Shown here: positions 1 to 10,103 of the stretch, one piece after another
Position numbering within the stretch: position 1 is the first letter of the stretch
Layout: each line of letters starts with the position of its first letter
Program-made: the position numbers and the translations under genes
The notes under the pieces: model-generated
Told to the model about the DNA's origin: nothing
The model's input: the letters and a program-made list of their open reading frames with translations, nothing else
The model's database searches: none
DNA from: Barthelona sp. PAP020
Taxonomy: Eukaryota
Length of the DNA: 64,000 bases
Reading direction: 5' to 3'
NCBI GenBank assembly: GCA_040182905.1
Contig: JARQWU010000025.1
Location: 1 to 64,000, forward strand

Positions 1-127
1 TTTTTTTTTTTTTTTTTTTTGAAGGATAGATCTGCACCCATTTGCATTTCAAAAAGGTCAAAAAACAAAAATCATTTTCTCTATTTACACAAAATACACC
101 ATATGAACAAGAACTACAAGATTTGTA

Positions 128-1174
128 CTATTCCGAACATTTGACAAGATAATCGTAAAGATTGTCTGAACAAGCTATTTGCTTCAAGAAGAAATACCAC
201 AATTTCGTTTGTTGATTCTTCAAATATTTTACCAAACTTTTAATGATATTCATTTCAAAGTTACTTGATTGATCAGGTTGTAGACAATTGATTAGTCTGG
301 ATGTATTCACCAATTCACCTTCAACATCAGTCAAATCTCGCTTCAAAGACTCAACAAGGATTATAAATTTTGGCAAATAATTGATATGTTTTGGAGATGA
401 TTGTACAACAAGGGTTTCATGTAACGATAAAACCTTCAGCAAATTTTCAAAATTACTGGAAGATTCATTAATTTCCAATGAAATTGAAAATAATTGTGTA
501 ATTTCTTGACTTAAGGTTTGCTTCATGTTAGATGAAATTTCTAACTCTTTACTAAGGGTTCTAGGTAATGACCATTGAAAGAAATTTGAAAATGCTTTGG
601 AAGAATGTTCATGTGGTGGTTTCAATGCCAATTTTATTGAAGTTTCATCCAAAATTTTTATCAATGTTTGAAAAGTTTCCGTCAATAAATTCGCAACAAA
701 AGTCATCTCTTGACAAATTTGATCAAAATCATTGAATAACACGTTATTTGACCTGAAACATTTCAAAATATCAAAACATTTCTGACAACTCCTTAGTTTT
801 GCGCTGGCCCCAAATATTAAATGAGGAATCTCACAACTATTACACACCAATTGACCACATAGCCAACAATTCTTCAATCCAGTTTGTTTCATACATGAAT
901 TACATCTTGAAAATGTTGTTACAGGCATCCATTCACATTGTATATAATGACAATTTTTGATTTTTTCAATTTCATCAGGAAGAAAAATATGTGATGGTAA
1001 AACTGTAATATCGAAATGTTTGAATGTTTCTAACAATTTTTCATAAACAAACAACACTCTTCTTTTTTCAAGGGATGTGTGTTGATTTTTCTTCAAGGAA
1101 AATAATGTATCAAGAAGATTAATTCCCTTCCAATACTGGTGTTCTTCGTGTGAATCATAAATATCATTGTCCAT
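128..1174 (-). CDS. FYVE-type zinc finger protein with C-terminal coiled coil (possibly rabenosyn-5/Vac1-like)
   Basis: EWMP..CNSC..NCWLCGQLVCNSC..RSCQKC gives 8 Cys in FYVE spacing preceded by W; the RRHHCR basic motif is absent; helical C-terminus. Confidence 0.6.
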   Translation of the reverse strand: MDNDIYDSHEEHQYWKGINLLDTLFSLKKNQHTSLEKRRVLFVYEKLLETFKHFDITVLPSHIFLPDEIEKIKNCHYIQCEWMPVTTFSRCNSCMKQTGLKNCWLCGQLVCNSCEIPHLIFGASAKLRSCQKCFDILKCFRSNNVLFNDFDQICQEMTFVANLLTETFQTLIKILDETSIKLALKPPHEHSSKAFSNFFQWSLPRTLSKELEISSNMKQTLSQEITQLFSISLEINESSSNFENLLKVLSLHETLVVQSSPKHINYLPKFIILVESLKRDLTDVEGELVNTSRLINCLQPDQSSNFEMNIIKSLVKYLKNQQTKLWYFFLKQIACSDNLYDYLVKCSE

Positions 1175-1494
1175 TTTTGATTTTCATCGACCAGGAACAA
1201 AAAAAAGTATCTTGGAACAATAATAAATTTACATTTAATGTAGCTTCAAAACTATTAGTCACATATTGATACAAAATATTTTCGACCTTATCCGAAAATG
1301 CAGAAGGAATCAGTTTTTGCCTGAAGAAATTTCTTCCCATCATTATTGATCTTTTGATTGAAGTATTATGAAAAGATTTAATTTGTTTTTAACATTTATT
1401 GATTTAATGACTCTTCATAATCTTGTTTGTTTTGGGGGAAAATTTGGCAGGTCAAAAAGCAATAACAAAGCCTGTTTCAAACAAATCAAAGTTA

Positions 1495-2196
1495 TTATAT
1501 TGTTTTAGGGGCCTTCAATAAATTCAAAATTTCTGGTTGCCTTTGTCTTTCAAAACATTCAATGTCTGATTTATTGACAAAATTAAAATTCTGAAAAGGG
1601 TCGCTTTTTTCAAAATTTTGCTCAAATAAATACTTAGATAAGGGTTCCAAAATTTTTCTGGACTGGAAAGCAAACTCAAGGAATAATTCTCTCATTTCCA
1701 TTTCATTCATTCCACAAAATATTTGTAATTCATTTCTATCAGGAAAATTATTAATTCTGATCTTATAACTGATTCTTTTTGGGGGAAGAATATGAGGTTT
1801 TAAAATATTGGCATAAGCAATTTTTGCAGCTTTTCGCGATGTTATTTCACCATTTTTTCCCATTTCTCCCAACCAAATCATAATAAATTCTAAATTCCTG
1901 AGCAAATAGACGGTTTTTTTTGTTAATTTATTGCTTTTTATACTGCAAGAATTTGAAGCACATTCATTAACAAATAGATCATTGATGGTTGTACCACCAA
2001 ATTTATCAAATTTCTTTTGAATTTTCTTCAATCCATGTTTAATATCTTTTGCTAAACTCTTTGTGGAGCTGTTTTGAATTTCTTCAAGAAAATCGCATAT
2101 TTTATTTGATAAATCGATAAAATCTTCAGTTGGGATTTCATTTTCATACAATAATTCTATTTCAAGGATTTTGTCCAAAACGATCTGTAATGACAT
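1495..2196 (-). CDS. Glycolipid transfer protein (GLTP) family protein
   Basis: LLRNLEFI…AAKIAYANILKPH…PDRNEL resembles the GLTP core (LxRxLxF…AYxxxLxPxH…P.R); size fits. Confidence 0.65.
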   Translation of the reverse strand: MSLQIVLDKILEIELLYENEIPTEDFIDLSNKICDFLEEIQNSSTKSLAKDIKHGLKKIQKKFDKFGGTTINDLFVNECASNSCSIKSNKLTKKTVYLLRNLEFIMIWLGEMGKNGEITSRKAAKIAYANILKPHILPPKRISYKIRINNFPDRNELQIFCGMNEMEMRELFLEFAFQSRKILEPLSKYLFEQNFEKSDPFQNFNFVNKSDIECFERQRQPEILNLLKAPKTI

Positions 2197-2742
2197 GTAA
2201 GAAGTTTCAATTGATGTTTTTGGACAATTAGAAGAAATAAGAAGTCAATAGAAGAGAATGAAAACAAGACCATCTCGCTGAATGAAGGGAAAGCTGATGA
2301 GGGTTTTACTAATTTTCTCACTAGATTATTTTTTTTTTGATTTTCTATTCACTGTTAAAACATTTTTTTTGCCCTGCAACAACATCTTTATCTTAGGTTT
2401 TCAATTCAGCTAACCATAGAGTTTGCATTCCTCTTTTTGCAATCCTTTGAAAATTCCTTTTTAATTGCAATCATATCACATAAATTATATATTATTTGGT
2501 TTATTTATAATACCGTTAAGACTAAAGTATTATTTTTCAAGAAATACTTAAGAAAAACCAGGAAACGAAAAAATGTTCTATCATTGTTGATTTCCATATT
2601 TACTTGTTTCATAAGAGATCAGATCAAATCCTGGGTCATCCATGAATATTTTTGAATTTTGATTCTTGCTTTGGAAAGCAGTGATTTTGATTGAGATCTT
2701 TGGAAAGGGATTTTTCTTTTCATCTCTTTTTTTTTGTTAAAT

Positions 2743-3909
2743 ATGAGTGGTTATAATAGTGTGTATACTTACCCTGCAACTCTTTTTATTGGAGAAGGAA
2801 AAACTTCAAATTTGATTGCCAAAATGGCTGCTGATGGTTATAAGAAAGCCTTATTGCACTATGGTGGTGGTTCTATCAAGAATAATGGAATTTATGAAGA
2901 AGTTGTTTCTCTTTTAAAGGTGCATAATGTTGAATTTGTTGAAGCAGGTGGTCAAAAACCCAATCCTGAACTTTCCATCATTAAAGAAGCCATTGATATT
3001 TTTAAAAAAGAAGAATGTGATGTTATTTTAGCTGTTGGAGGAGGTTCTGTTATTGATTCTGCAAAAGGTATCAGTGTTGGTTGTGCTAATTCTGAAGATG
3101 TTTGGTATTATTATACCACTGGTGATTTAATTTCCGATGCAGTTCCTATTTATTGTGTTTTAACTCTTTCAGCTACTGGATCTGAATCGAATTTTGGATC
3201 TGTTGTTTCCAATTCCGAAGAAAATCAAAAATATGCTTACATGCATCCAATGTTGCTTCCTAAGGCTTCTTGCATTGATCCTAAACACCAAATGAGTCTT
3301 CCTTGGTGGCAAACTGTCAATGGTGCCATTGATGCTTGTTCTCATCTTTTTGAACAATATCTTGGCGCTGTTAGAACAGGTTGCAGAACTCCTCTTTATG
3401 CAATTGAAGGTGTTATTCAAGCTGTTGCTGATGCTACTAACAGACTTCAGGTTGAAGATACTATTCTTGCCAGGGGAGATTTGAGTTTTGCTGCTAATCT
3501 TGCCTTGAATAATATTTTTGCTGTTGGTACTGATAATGGAGATTGGGCTACTCATATGATTGCACATATGCTTGCTGCTTGTTGGGACAAGAGCAGATTG
3601 AGTCATGGTGCTTGTTTAGGTGTTTTGACTGGAGAAATTTTCTTAAGATTGAAAGAAAAAAGTGATGAATTTGCTGAATTGTTGAATAGACTTGCTCATA
3701 CCGCTTTCCATGCTGATTCTATTGAAGAAGCTGTTGAAATTTGGAAAAAACAAGTTGTTGATTGGGGACATCCCATTACCATTACTGAACTGATTGGTGA
3801 AGCTCCCACTGAAGAATATTTGGCTCAAGTTGCCAAACAAACTTTTGAACGTGGTATTCGTCATTTCTCTGAAGCTGAAATTTTGGATATTTTGAAAGCC
3901 TGTGTTTAA
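2743..3909 (+). CDS. Iron-containing alcohol dehydrogenase, butanol dehydrogenase (BdhA/YqhD)-like
   Basis: YGGGSIK, GGGSVIDSAK, TLSATGSESN, DACSH, GDWATH, SHG motifs; first ATG at 2743 (the ORF track starts at a TTG). Confidence 0.92.
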   Translation: MSGYNSVYTYPATLFIGEGKTSNLIAKMAADGYKKALLHYGGGSIKNNGIYEEVVSLLKVHNVEFVEAGGQKPNPELSIIKEAIDIFKKEECDVILAVGGGSVIDSAKGISVGCANSEDVWYYYTTGDLISDAVPIYCVLTLSATGSESNFGSVVSNSEENQKYAYMHPMLLPKASCIDPKHQMSLPWWQTVNGAIDACSHLFEQYLGAVRTGCRTPLYAIEGVIQAVADATNRLQVEDTILARGDLSFAANLALNNIFAVGTDNGDWATHMIAHMLAACWDKSRLSHGACLGVLTGEIFLRLKEKSDEFAELLNRLAHTAFHADSIEEAVEIWKKQVVDWGHPITITELIGEAPTEEYLAQVAKQTFERGIRHFSEAEILDILKACV

Positions 3910-4038
3910 AGAATTGATATTTTTTGTTTATTTTATAAGACTGTAAATTGTTATTGATACTAAAAACAAAAAAAAATTTTTTTTTTTTTCACATAAAGTG
4001 TCTTTTACAAACAATTTTACAATTGAACATGACCTCAA

Positions 4039-4941
4039 TTACTGTATTGAGCATTTACAACAATTATTTCGAGGTTCTTCATTATGCCTTAAATTGGGAT
4101 CATAGTGAGGTGTAAGATTTTCCTTTAAAGGTCGAGGATTCTTAATACTGACTCTAATTACCCTTTGAGCTCGGGCAATAGATTGCAATAAAAATCTATG
4201 AGATTCTTGATTGATTTGACAACTATTAAATTGAATATTATCCAATTGTAAAAAGCTCCCTTGTTCTACTGCCTTTGCTAACATCCTTGCTGCATCATTT
4301 CCAATATAATTTTTGTTTAAAATTAACTTTTTAAGCGGTTTATTGTGAATTCCTGCAAACAATTTTTGTATATGACTAATATTACAGTTTTCAAGCTTTA
4401 ATACTCTTAAATTGCTTAAATTATTCAGATCATATAGATTACAAAGAGATAAATCAAAATTAATCAAAGAAAATGTTTGTAAATTGACTATTTGGCACAA
4501 AGTGTTAAAAATTTCAGTTCCAAAATGAGAAGTACTAATATCGTATTGTGGATCATCAAAATCTAAAATTAAAGATTCAAATCGGGAGCTACTCTTGTCA
4601 ATCTTTGTTAGAACTTTTAAAATCTGCATTCTTTGAGATTCTTGAATTGTAGTGATAGATACATGAGTTATTTTACATATTGGTGATTTTAACACACCAA
4701 ATATAAAATGTTCTAAATTAATAAATAAATTTCCAGGCAATGCAATTTTTGTTGTCCTGCCTAATCCTTCTATTAATGATGTTAATATTATTTTTGAAGG
4801 TTCAAATTGTAAATTTTTGAAATCGATTGAGTTTTGAGATAATTGAATCTTAATTGCATCTGATATTTCATTGCAACGTTGCCAATGGCTTTGAAATTCT
4901 TCTTCAATAAATTGACAATTACAAAATGGGCATTGTTTCAT
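4039..4941 (-). CDS. Leucine-rich repeat (RNI-like) protein with N-terminal Zn finger and C-terminal CaaX
   Basis: CPFC-x11-H-x3-C at the N-terminus; LRR motifs LRVLKLENCNI, LKKLILNKNYIGNDAA; ends CCKCSIQ; ATG 4941 avoids overlap with the kinase. Confidence 0.7.
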   Translation of the reverse strand: MKQCPFCNCQFIEEEFQSHWQRCNEISDAIKIQLSQNSIDFKNLQFEPSKIILTSLIEGLGRTTKIALPGNLFINLEHFIFGVLKSPICKITHVSITTIQESQRMQILKVLTKIDKSSSRFESLILDFDDPQYDISTSHFGTEIFNTLCQIVNLQTFSLINFDLSLCNLYDLNNLSNLRVLKLENCNISHIQKLFAGIHNKPLKKLILNKNYIGNDAARMLAKAVEQGSFLQLDNIQFNSCQINQESHRFLLQSIARAQRVIRVSIKNPRPLKENLTPHYDPNLRHNEEPRNNCCKCSIQ

Positions 4942-4976
4942 GATATTAATAAAAAATGATTTCTTAATATGTTTGT

Positions 4977-6308
4977 TTATAATCGTTCCAGTGGGCAACT
5001 TTGATCATATAATTTGCGATCATCTTCCATTACTAGTTCCTCTGGTTGAATAAATCTTTCACCAATTTGAGAATGTAAAGGTGAACCAGATGGTATAACT
5101 GGAAAATACTTGGTATCCCAAGCATTCTTTAAATCTGGTTTAAGAGGAGGGATTCCTTCAAATAATAATTTATTAAAATTAACACTTTCAAACCATGGAT
5201 GATCTTTAATTTCTTGAGCACCATAATGAACACCCAACCTTTCGTTCGCATCTGGATGCAACAGTTTTGCAATTAAATCTTTGGCATCATCAGACACCTT
5301 CACTCTTGATGGAAAATTAAGCGTACCATCCATTATTGATTTAAACGTGGCTTTTCTGGAAGATCCAGTGAAAGGAGCAAAACCATACAACAACTCAAAC
5401 AATAAAATTCCAAATGCCCAAAAATCAACAGATCCATTATAACTTTCACCTCTTAACATCTCTGGACTTAAATACTGAGCAGTACCAACAAAAGAATCAG
5501 CCTGACACAATAAAGTAGGTGCAATTGTTTCTTTCACAATTTGCGACGGAACTTTTGACTTCCAAAACTGCCACCAACTATGATCATCTTCTTGTTTGTC
5601 TGAAATAGAAGGCAAAACTATACGTTTGGATAAATCGAAATCTGTTAATTTAATATGTCCAGCAGCATCAACTAATATGTTTTCTGGTTTTAAATCTCTG
5701 TAAAGAATGCCACAAAAATGCAAATATTCTAAAGCACTGAGAACTTCTGCGGCATAAAAACGAACACTTTGTTCGGGTAATCTGTGACCTTTTTGTCTTT
5801 TTAATAATCTAAACAGTTCTCCACCGGGACAAAAATCGGTGACAAAAAATAAATGTGTGGATGTTTCAAAAGAAGCATGAAATGACACAATAAAAGGATG
5901 TCTAGCTGTAGTTAGAATATCTCTTTCTGATAAAGCTCTCCTTAATCTGTTAGCTTTTATCATTGCTTCACGATTATACATCTTAATAGCAAATGGTTTG
6001 GCACATTCCGAATATGCTCCTAACCAAACAGTTCCTGATGCCCCACGGCCCAATGGCTTCAATTTAATAAATTTAGAAGGATTGAAATTACTGGAGTAAA
6101 TTTCTTTTAAATAATTTTCGACATTAAGTCTTTGAAAATGAATATCTTCATCTTCTTTCGCTAAAGTTTTAGAGTCTTTGGGTATTTTCGTTGGAAAAGA
6201 TATGTCAACAGACTTTAATGATAAACAAATCCTTTGTGAGAACAAATGAAGTTTTTTTTTTTGAACTTTTTTTAAAGATTTTAAGTGCTTTCCTTTCAAT
6301 TCTTTCAT
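4977..6308 (-). CDS. AGC Ser/Thr kinase, phototropin/Kin82-Fpk1/nrc-2 (AGC-VIII)-like
   Basis: GRGASG, FAIK, YRDLKPEN, DFDLS instead of DFG, insert before SFVGTAQYLSPE, AGC tail. Confidence 0.9.
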   Translation of the reverse strand: MKELKGKHLKSLKKVQKKKLHLFSQRICLSLKSVDISFPTKIPKDSKTLAKEDEDIHFQRLNVENYLKEIYSSNFNPSKFIKLKPLGRGASGTVWLGAYSECAKPFAIKMYNREAMIKANRLRRALSERDILTTARHPFIVSFHASFETSTHLFFVTDFCPGGELFRLLKRQKGHRLPEQSVRFYAAEVLSALEYLHFCGILYRDLKPENILVDAAGHIKLTDFDLSKRIVLPSISDKQEDDHSWWQFWKSKVPSQIVKETIAPTLLCQADSFVGTAQYLSPEMLRGESYNGSVDFWAFGILLFELLYGFAPFTGSSRKATFKSIMDGTLNFPSRVKVSDDAKDLIAKLLHPDANERLGVHYGAQEIKDHPWFESVNFNKLLFEGIPPLKPDLKNAWDTKYFPVIPSGSPLHSQIGERFIQPEELVMEDDRKLYDQSCPLERL

Positions 6309-6513
6309 TTATGTATTTATAAATATAAATTATTCTTTTGATTGGTGGAAATATTTCACAAAAAAAGTTCTTTCCTTCAATTTTTTGGGAAAATCCCGAT
6401 TTTTATTATATTCATGCAAATAAGTTGAAAAATTGATCTTTGTTCTCTTTTTAACATTTTTTTTTTCTCATGATTTATTGATGTAGAACCACTGAATTAA
6501 CTAAATTTTATGA

Positions 6514-9258
6514 ATGGCCATTGTTACAGAAAATAATTTAGAGCAGTTTAAACAAGTTTTACAAATAATTCAGACAGAACCGAACAAATTCTTTCAGATG
6601 TTGCCGATCATTATTGATGATATTTCTGAAACGTATAAAAAAGAGTTTAGTGATTTGGTTTTCCGTTTAAATTCAGTTTCAAATGATTATGAAGTTTTAA
6701 AGAACGTACTATCCAATCTTTTTTGTTTGGTTACTTTATCCAAATATAATATTGAAGAAATTAAACACTGTGTTGATATTTTGATTCATGAATTTGTTTT
6801 GTTTCTTAACATTTCCAAAGATAATATTCTTATGTATAATTCAAAAATTCAACAATTAGCTGAGGAAAATAATCTTAATTCAAATATTTTGGTTGCGTTG
6901 ACATATATAGGGATTAATTTAAGCCCCTTTATTGTTGATAATACCTCAAGCGCAAATTTGAATGAAAGCAAACATGATTCTACATTTTCTTCATTTCTCA
7001 CATTTCCAAGTGAAATTGAAAATATGAATGTTTATATTGAATATCCTCAAACAATTTTTGAAGCTATCTCTTCACACCGACTATCTTTTATTTATGATCA
7101 TCCTGAAATGTATGCAGAAAAAGATGAAGAAGGTTTTACTCCACTAGCCATTGCTGTTGATGAAAAGAGGTATAATCTTGCCAACATTTTGATTTCTAAT
7201 GGTTGTGATGTAAATCAACAATGTAATAATCATTTCAATCCAATTCAGATTGCAACATATTTAGAAAATGAAGAAATTTTTAAATTGTTGTTTAAGAATG
7301 GAGGAGATATATTTCTAGGGGATGAAAATGTTCCTTGTTCTTTTATTTTAGCATTTGAGTTAAAACGCACTCGAATTTTGGATATTATGACCCAATTTTT
7401 AAAAAATAAAGTGACAACCAAAGAACATATCAGTGTTGTTCAACAAATGTATTACAGAATATTAAAAAATAAAGATACTGTCATGTTTGAGTATTTATTC
7501 AAAATGTGTCCCTTGTTATTTGATGTTGATCATGTTATATATTTTTTTGAAATTTTTGATGAAATTCTTTTCAAATTTATTTTTTGTAAGGACATAAATA
7601 TTAGTTATTTTGAGGATTCAATAATTGAAGAAGTGTTTAAACAAATAATTAAATATGAAAAGAATAAAATTTTTGAAATATTTATTCAAAATGAAAATGT
7701 TTTGAAAAAGATGAAGAATAATAATGATTTTTTTGTGAAATTATATTTGGTTTGTTTAAATGAAAAAAAACATCAAATAAAAAGAAGAATTATTGAGTTA
7801 AAGATGTTTGATATTGGTGTTGAAATTGAAGGAGAACCTTTGTTGATAATATTAGCAATTGAAAATCGATTTGCTGAAATTCAATTATTAAATCCTTCAA
7901 TAAATTTATTAAACAATTGTATATCGTCTGATGGATTTTCATTTGTATATATTTGTCTTCAAATTGGTCCTTCTATTGAATTTTTAAAATATCTAATCAG
8001 TTCAATTTCATTTAATTATGCTAGAGATAACGATGCATTGATTTTTGTTTTGGAAAGAAATAATCTGAAAGAAATTCAACTTTTAACGGAGTTAAAAATC
8101 AAATGGCATTTTCCGTTCAAAAATTTTTCTTCTCCAATTTGTTATTGTATTCAAAAAGAAAATTTAAAATTAATTGATTTTCTCTTAAATGATGGTCAAT
8201 CTGACATTGACATTTTAAAGAAAGAAAAAGGTGCTTCCTTTTCACCTTTTGAATTAGCTTTATCTACTAACAATGATCAAATAGTTGAATTAATTTTTAA
8301 TCAATTGCAAATTCATGATTATACAGATGATTTAATCAATATCATTCGAAGTTATGGACAAATGAAGAATATTCCCATTAAAATTTCAAATATTATTATT
8401 GATTTAATAAATGAAGAAAGTTTTGAAAGAATTATTCAAATTTTGAAACAGAATAAAGCAAATTTTTATCTAAAGTTTGATTCAAAGTTTACAACTGTTT
8501 TTCATGAATTGATTCATCAAAATAAACTTGAATTATCAAAAAAAATCATTCAATCTATTCAAACTGATCCAATTCAGTTTCATTTAGAAGATGTTCATGA
8601 ATTCCTTCTTCTTCGTGATAGTGGACATTTATTTGGGTTACATTATGCTTGTCAAATAATGAATATGGAATTCATTGACTTATTTATACAATTGGATACA
8701 TCTCTTATGTTTTTTTGTGATAAAAACAAGGAAAATAAAGAAATGAATCAGAATAATAATATAGTTCCTCCTATATATGTCTGTTTAATGAATGAAGGGT
8801 TTGAATTTGTTTTCAATTATTTAAAAGAGGAAAAAAAAAACGATTCATCAATGATTATAGACAATTTGTCTTGGTTGATTGAAATTTCAATAAGTTTTAA
8901 AGATGATGAAATTTTTGAATTTTTGGTAAATTTCATGAAAAAAAATTTTGTTGAATTTTGTCCAACCGAAAAATTTTGTGAAATTTTAAGACAATTAATT
9001 TCTGATAAAAATTTTAAATATTTTTCAAGATTGTTGGTCAACGAAAGTCAAAATGTTCATGATAATGATTTTCATTATGTTTTTACTGACAATCAATATA
9101 AAAATTTAAGTGATATTGCTCTGAATACTGGTAATAATCGAATAATTTCCATGATACTTGATCTTGACAGAAAGAATGTTGAACAGTTTTCAAATCAAGT
9201 GAATGCTTGGTATGAGACTGATAGCTTCTTGGAGAATTCCTTTGATTTTTTGCAATGA
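6514..9258 (+). CDS. Ankyrin-repeat protein (degenerate repeats)
   Basis: GFTPLAIAV…LISNGCDVN, FNPIQIAT, SPFELAL, GLHYAC motifs in a 914-aa ORF. Confidence 0.8.
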   Translation: MAIVTENNLEQFKQVLQIIQTEPNKFFQMLPIIIDDISETYKKEFSDLVFRLNSVSNDYEVLKNVLSNLFCLVTLSKYNIEEIKHCVDILIHEFVLFLNISKDNILMYNSKIQQLAEENNLNSNILVALTYIGINLSPFIVDNTSSANLNESKHDSTFSSFLTFPSEIENMNVYIEYPQTIFEAISSHRLSFIYDHPEMYAEKDEEGFTPLAIAVDEKRYNLANILISNGCDVNQQCNNHFNPIQIATYLENEEIFKLLFKNGGDIFLGDENVPCSFILAFELKRTRILDIMTQFLKNKVTTKEHISVVQQMYYRILKNKDTVMFEYLFKMCPLLFDVDHVIYFFEIFDEILFKFIFCKDINISYFEDSIIEEVFKQIIKYEKNKIFEIFIQNENVLKKMKNNNDFFVKLYLVCLNEKKHQIKRRIIELKMFDIGVEIEGEPLLIILAIENRFAEIQLLNPSINLLNNCISSDGFSFVYICLQIGPSIEFLKYLISSISFNYARDNDALIFVLERNNLKEIQLLTELKIKWHFPFKNFSSPICYCIQKENLKLIDFLLNDGQSDIDILKKEKGASFSPFELALSTNNDQIVELIFNQLQIHDYTDDLINIIRSYGQMKNIPIKISNIIIDLINEESFERIIQILKQNKANFYLKFDSKFTTVFHELIHQNKLELSKKIIQSIQTDPIQFHLEDVHEFLLLRDSGHLFGLHYACQIMNMEFIDLFIQLDTSLMFFCDKNKENKEMNQNNNIVPPIYVCLMNEGFEFVFNYLKEEKKNDSSMIIDNLSWLIEISISFKDDEIFEFLVNFMKKNFVEFCPTEKFCEILRQLISDKNFKYFSRLLVNESQNVHDNDFHYVFTDNQYKNLSDIALNTGNNRIISMILDLDRKNVEQFSNQVNAWYETDSFLENSFDFLQ

Positions 9259-9351
9259 ATGTAAAACAAAGACAAACAAATGTCAGTAATTTGTTATTGT
9301 TTCACAAACAACTCTTGGCAAATACTCTGGAAAAGGCATGAAATAAAAGTA

Positions 9352-10103
9352 TCACAACTGAGTTAAGTTTATTTTTATGCCTGTATAAGATATAATGTTG
9401 GCAGCAGTGTCAACATTTTGAAAACATTTTTTAATTATTTGTTGAAACAAAACAGTAAAGTTTTTCAATTTTTTCCAGGCGAAGAAGCACTTCTTGTATA
9501 AGTGAATAAGAAAGACAAATTTTATTTTTTTTCTGGCTTTCGAGAGGCAAACGATCCAGTGAATTTTGTTTTTACAAAATACAATAAAGAAGTGCATTTT
9601 TTTTTTCAAATCTTTAAATCTGAACATTGAAATTGAATTTTAATCTCTTTGTTTCCCCATAAGGGTTTTGAATAAAATTTTATTAAATGTTTTCCACTTT
9701 CTCTACAATTATTTCCAAGCCAAGAAGGACTGTGTACATGAGTGAACAAAAAAGAATGAAGTCTATTTGGCTAATGGTTTTCGAAGCCCGAATGATCTGT
9801 TGAAAAAATAGATTTTGTTTTTGTCAAAAGGGTATTTCACAAAAATTTTCGTAGTTGAGCCTTAAAAATAAATTTCAACCCCTCGATTCCGCCACCTCAG
9901 GTTTTTGACTGAAATATGCTTGAATGAGTTTTCTGGGTCGATCTCTTTCATCAAGACATTTCACAACAAAAGCAAAATTTCCACATTTGATCAACTTTTA
10001 CTTCAGCAGCATATCTTTTGATTGAAAATTCTCAAAATGAGTTTCTCCAGTTTTTAATCGTGAATAAATAATTCTGTTTGACGATTTTTATCCACTTTAA
10101 TCA
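9352..10103 (-). pseudogene. Probable decayed coding sequence with an internal duplication
   Basis: Stop-interrupted minus-strand frames contain two related segments (SKARKKIKFVFLIHLYKKCFFAWKKL and SKTISQIDFILFVHSCTQSFLAWK*L); DNA copies at ~9466-9579 and ~9706-9829. Confidence 0.35.

Noticed and set aside
1..20. T20 as a retroposed poly(A) tail of the FYVE gene
   Set aside because: It is cut by the window edge, no target-site duplication can be tested, and long T-tracts are common in these intergenic regions.
1175..1343. Upstream minus-strand ORF (MMGRNFF…, ~59 aa) as an extra exon of the FYVE gene
   Set aside because: Out of frame with the main ORF and no convincing intron; a homopolymer error cannot be excluded but is unsupported.
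2304..2311. CTGATGAG hammerhead-like core
   Set aside because: No stem II followed by GAAA and no flanking helices.
4942..4998. Apparent overlap of the kinase and LRR ORFs
   Set aside because: It disappears if the LRR gene starts at ATG 4941, directly before the Zn finger.
9878..9901. GC-rich CCTCGATTCCGCCACC resembling a tRNA T-arm/3' end
   Set aside because: No complementary T-stem, D-arm or acceptor stem.
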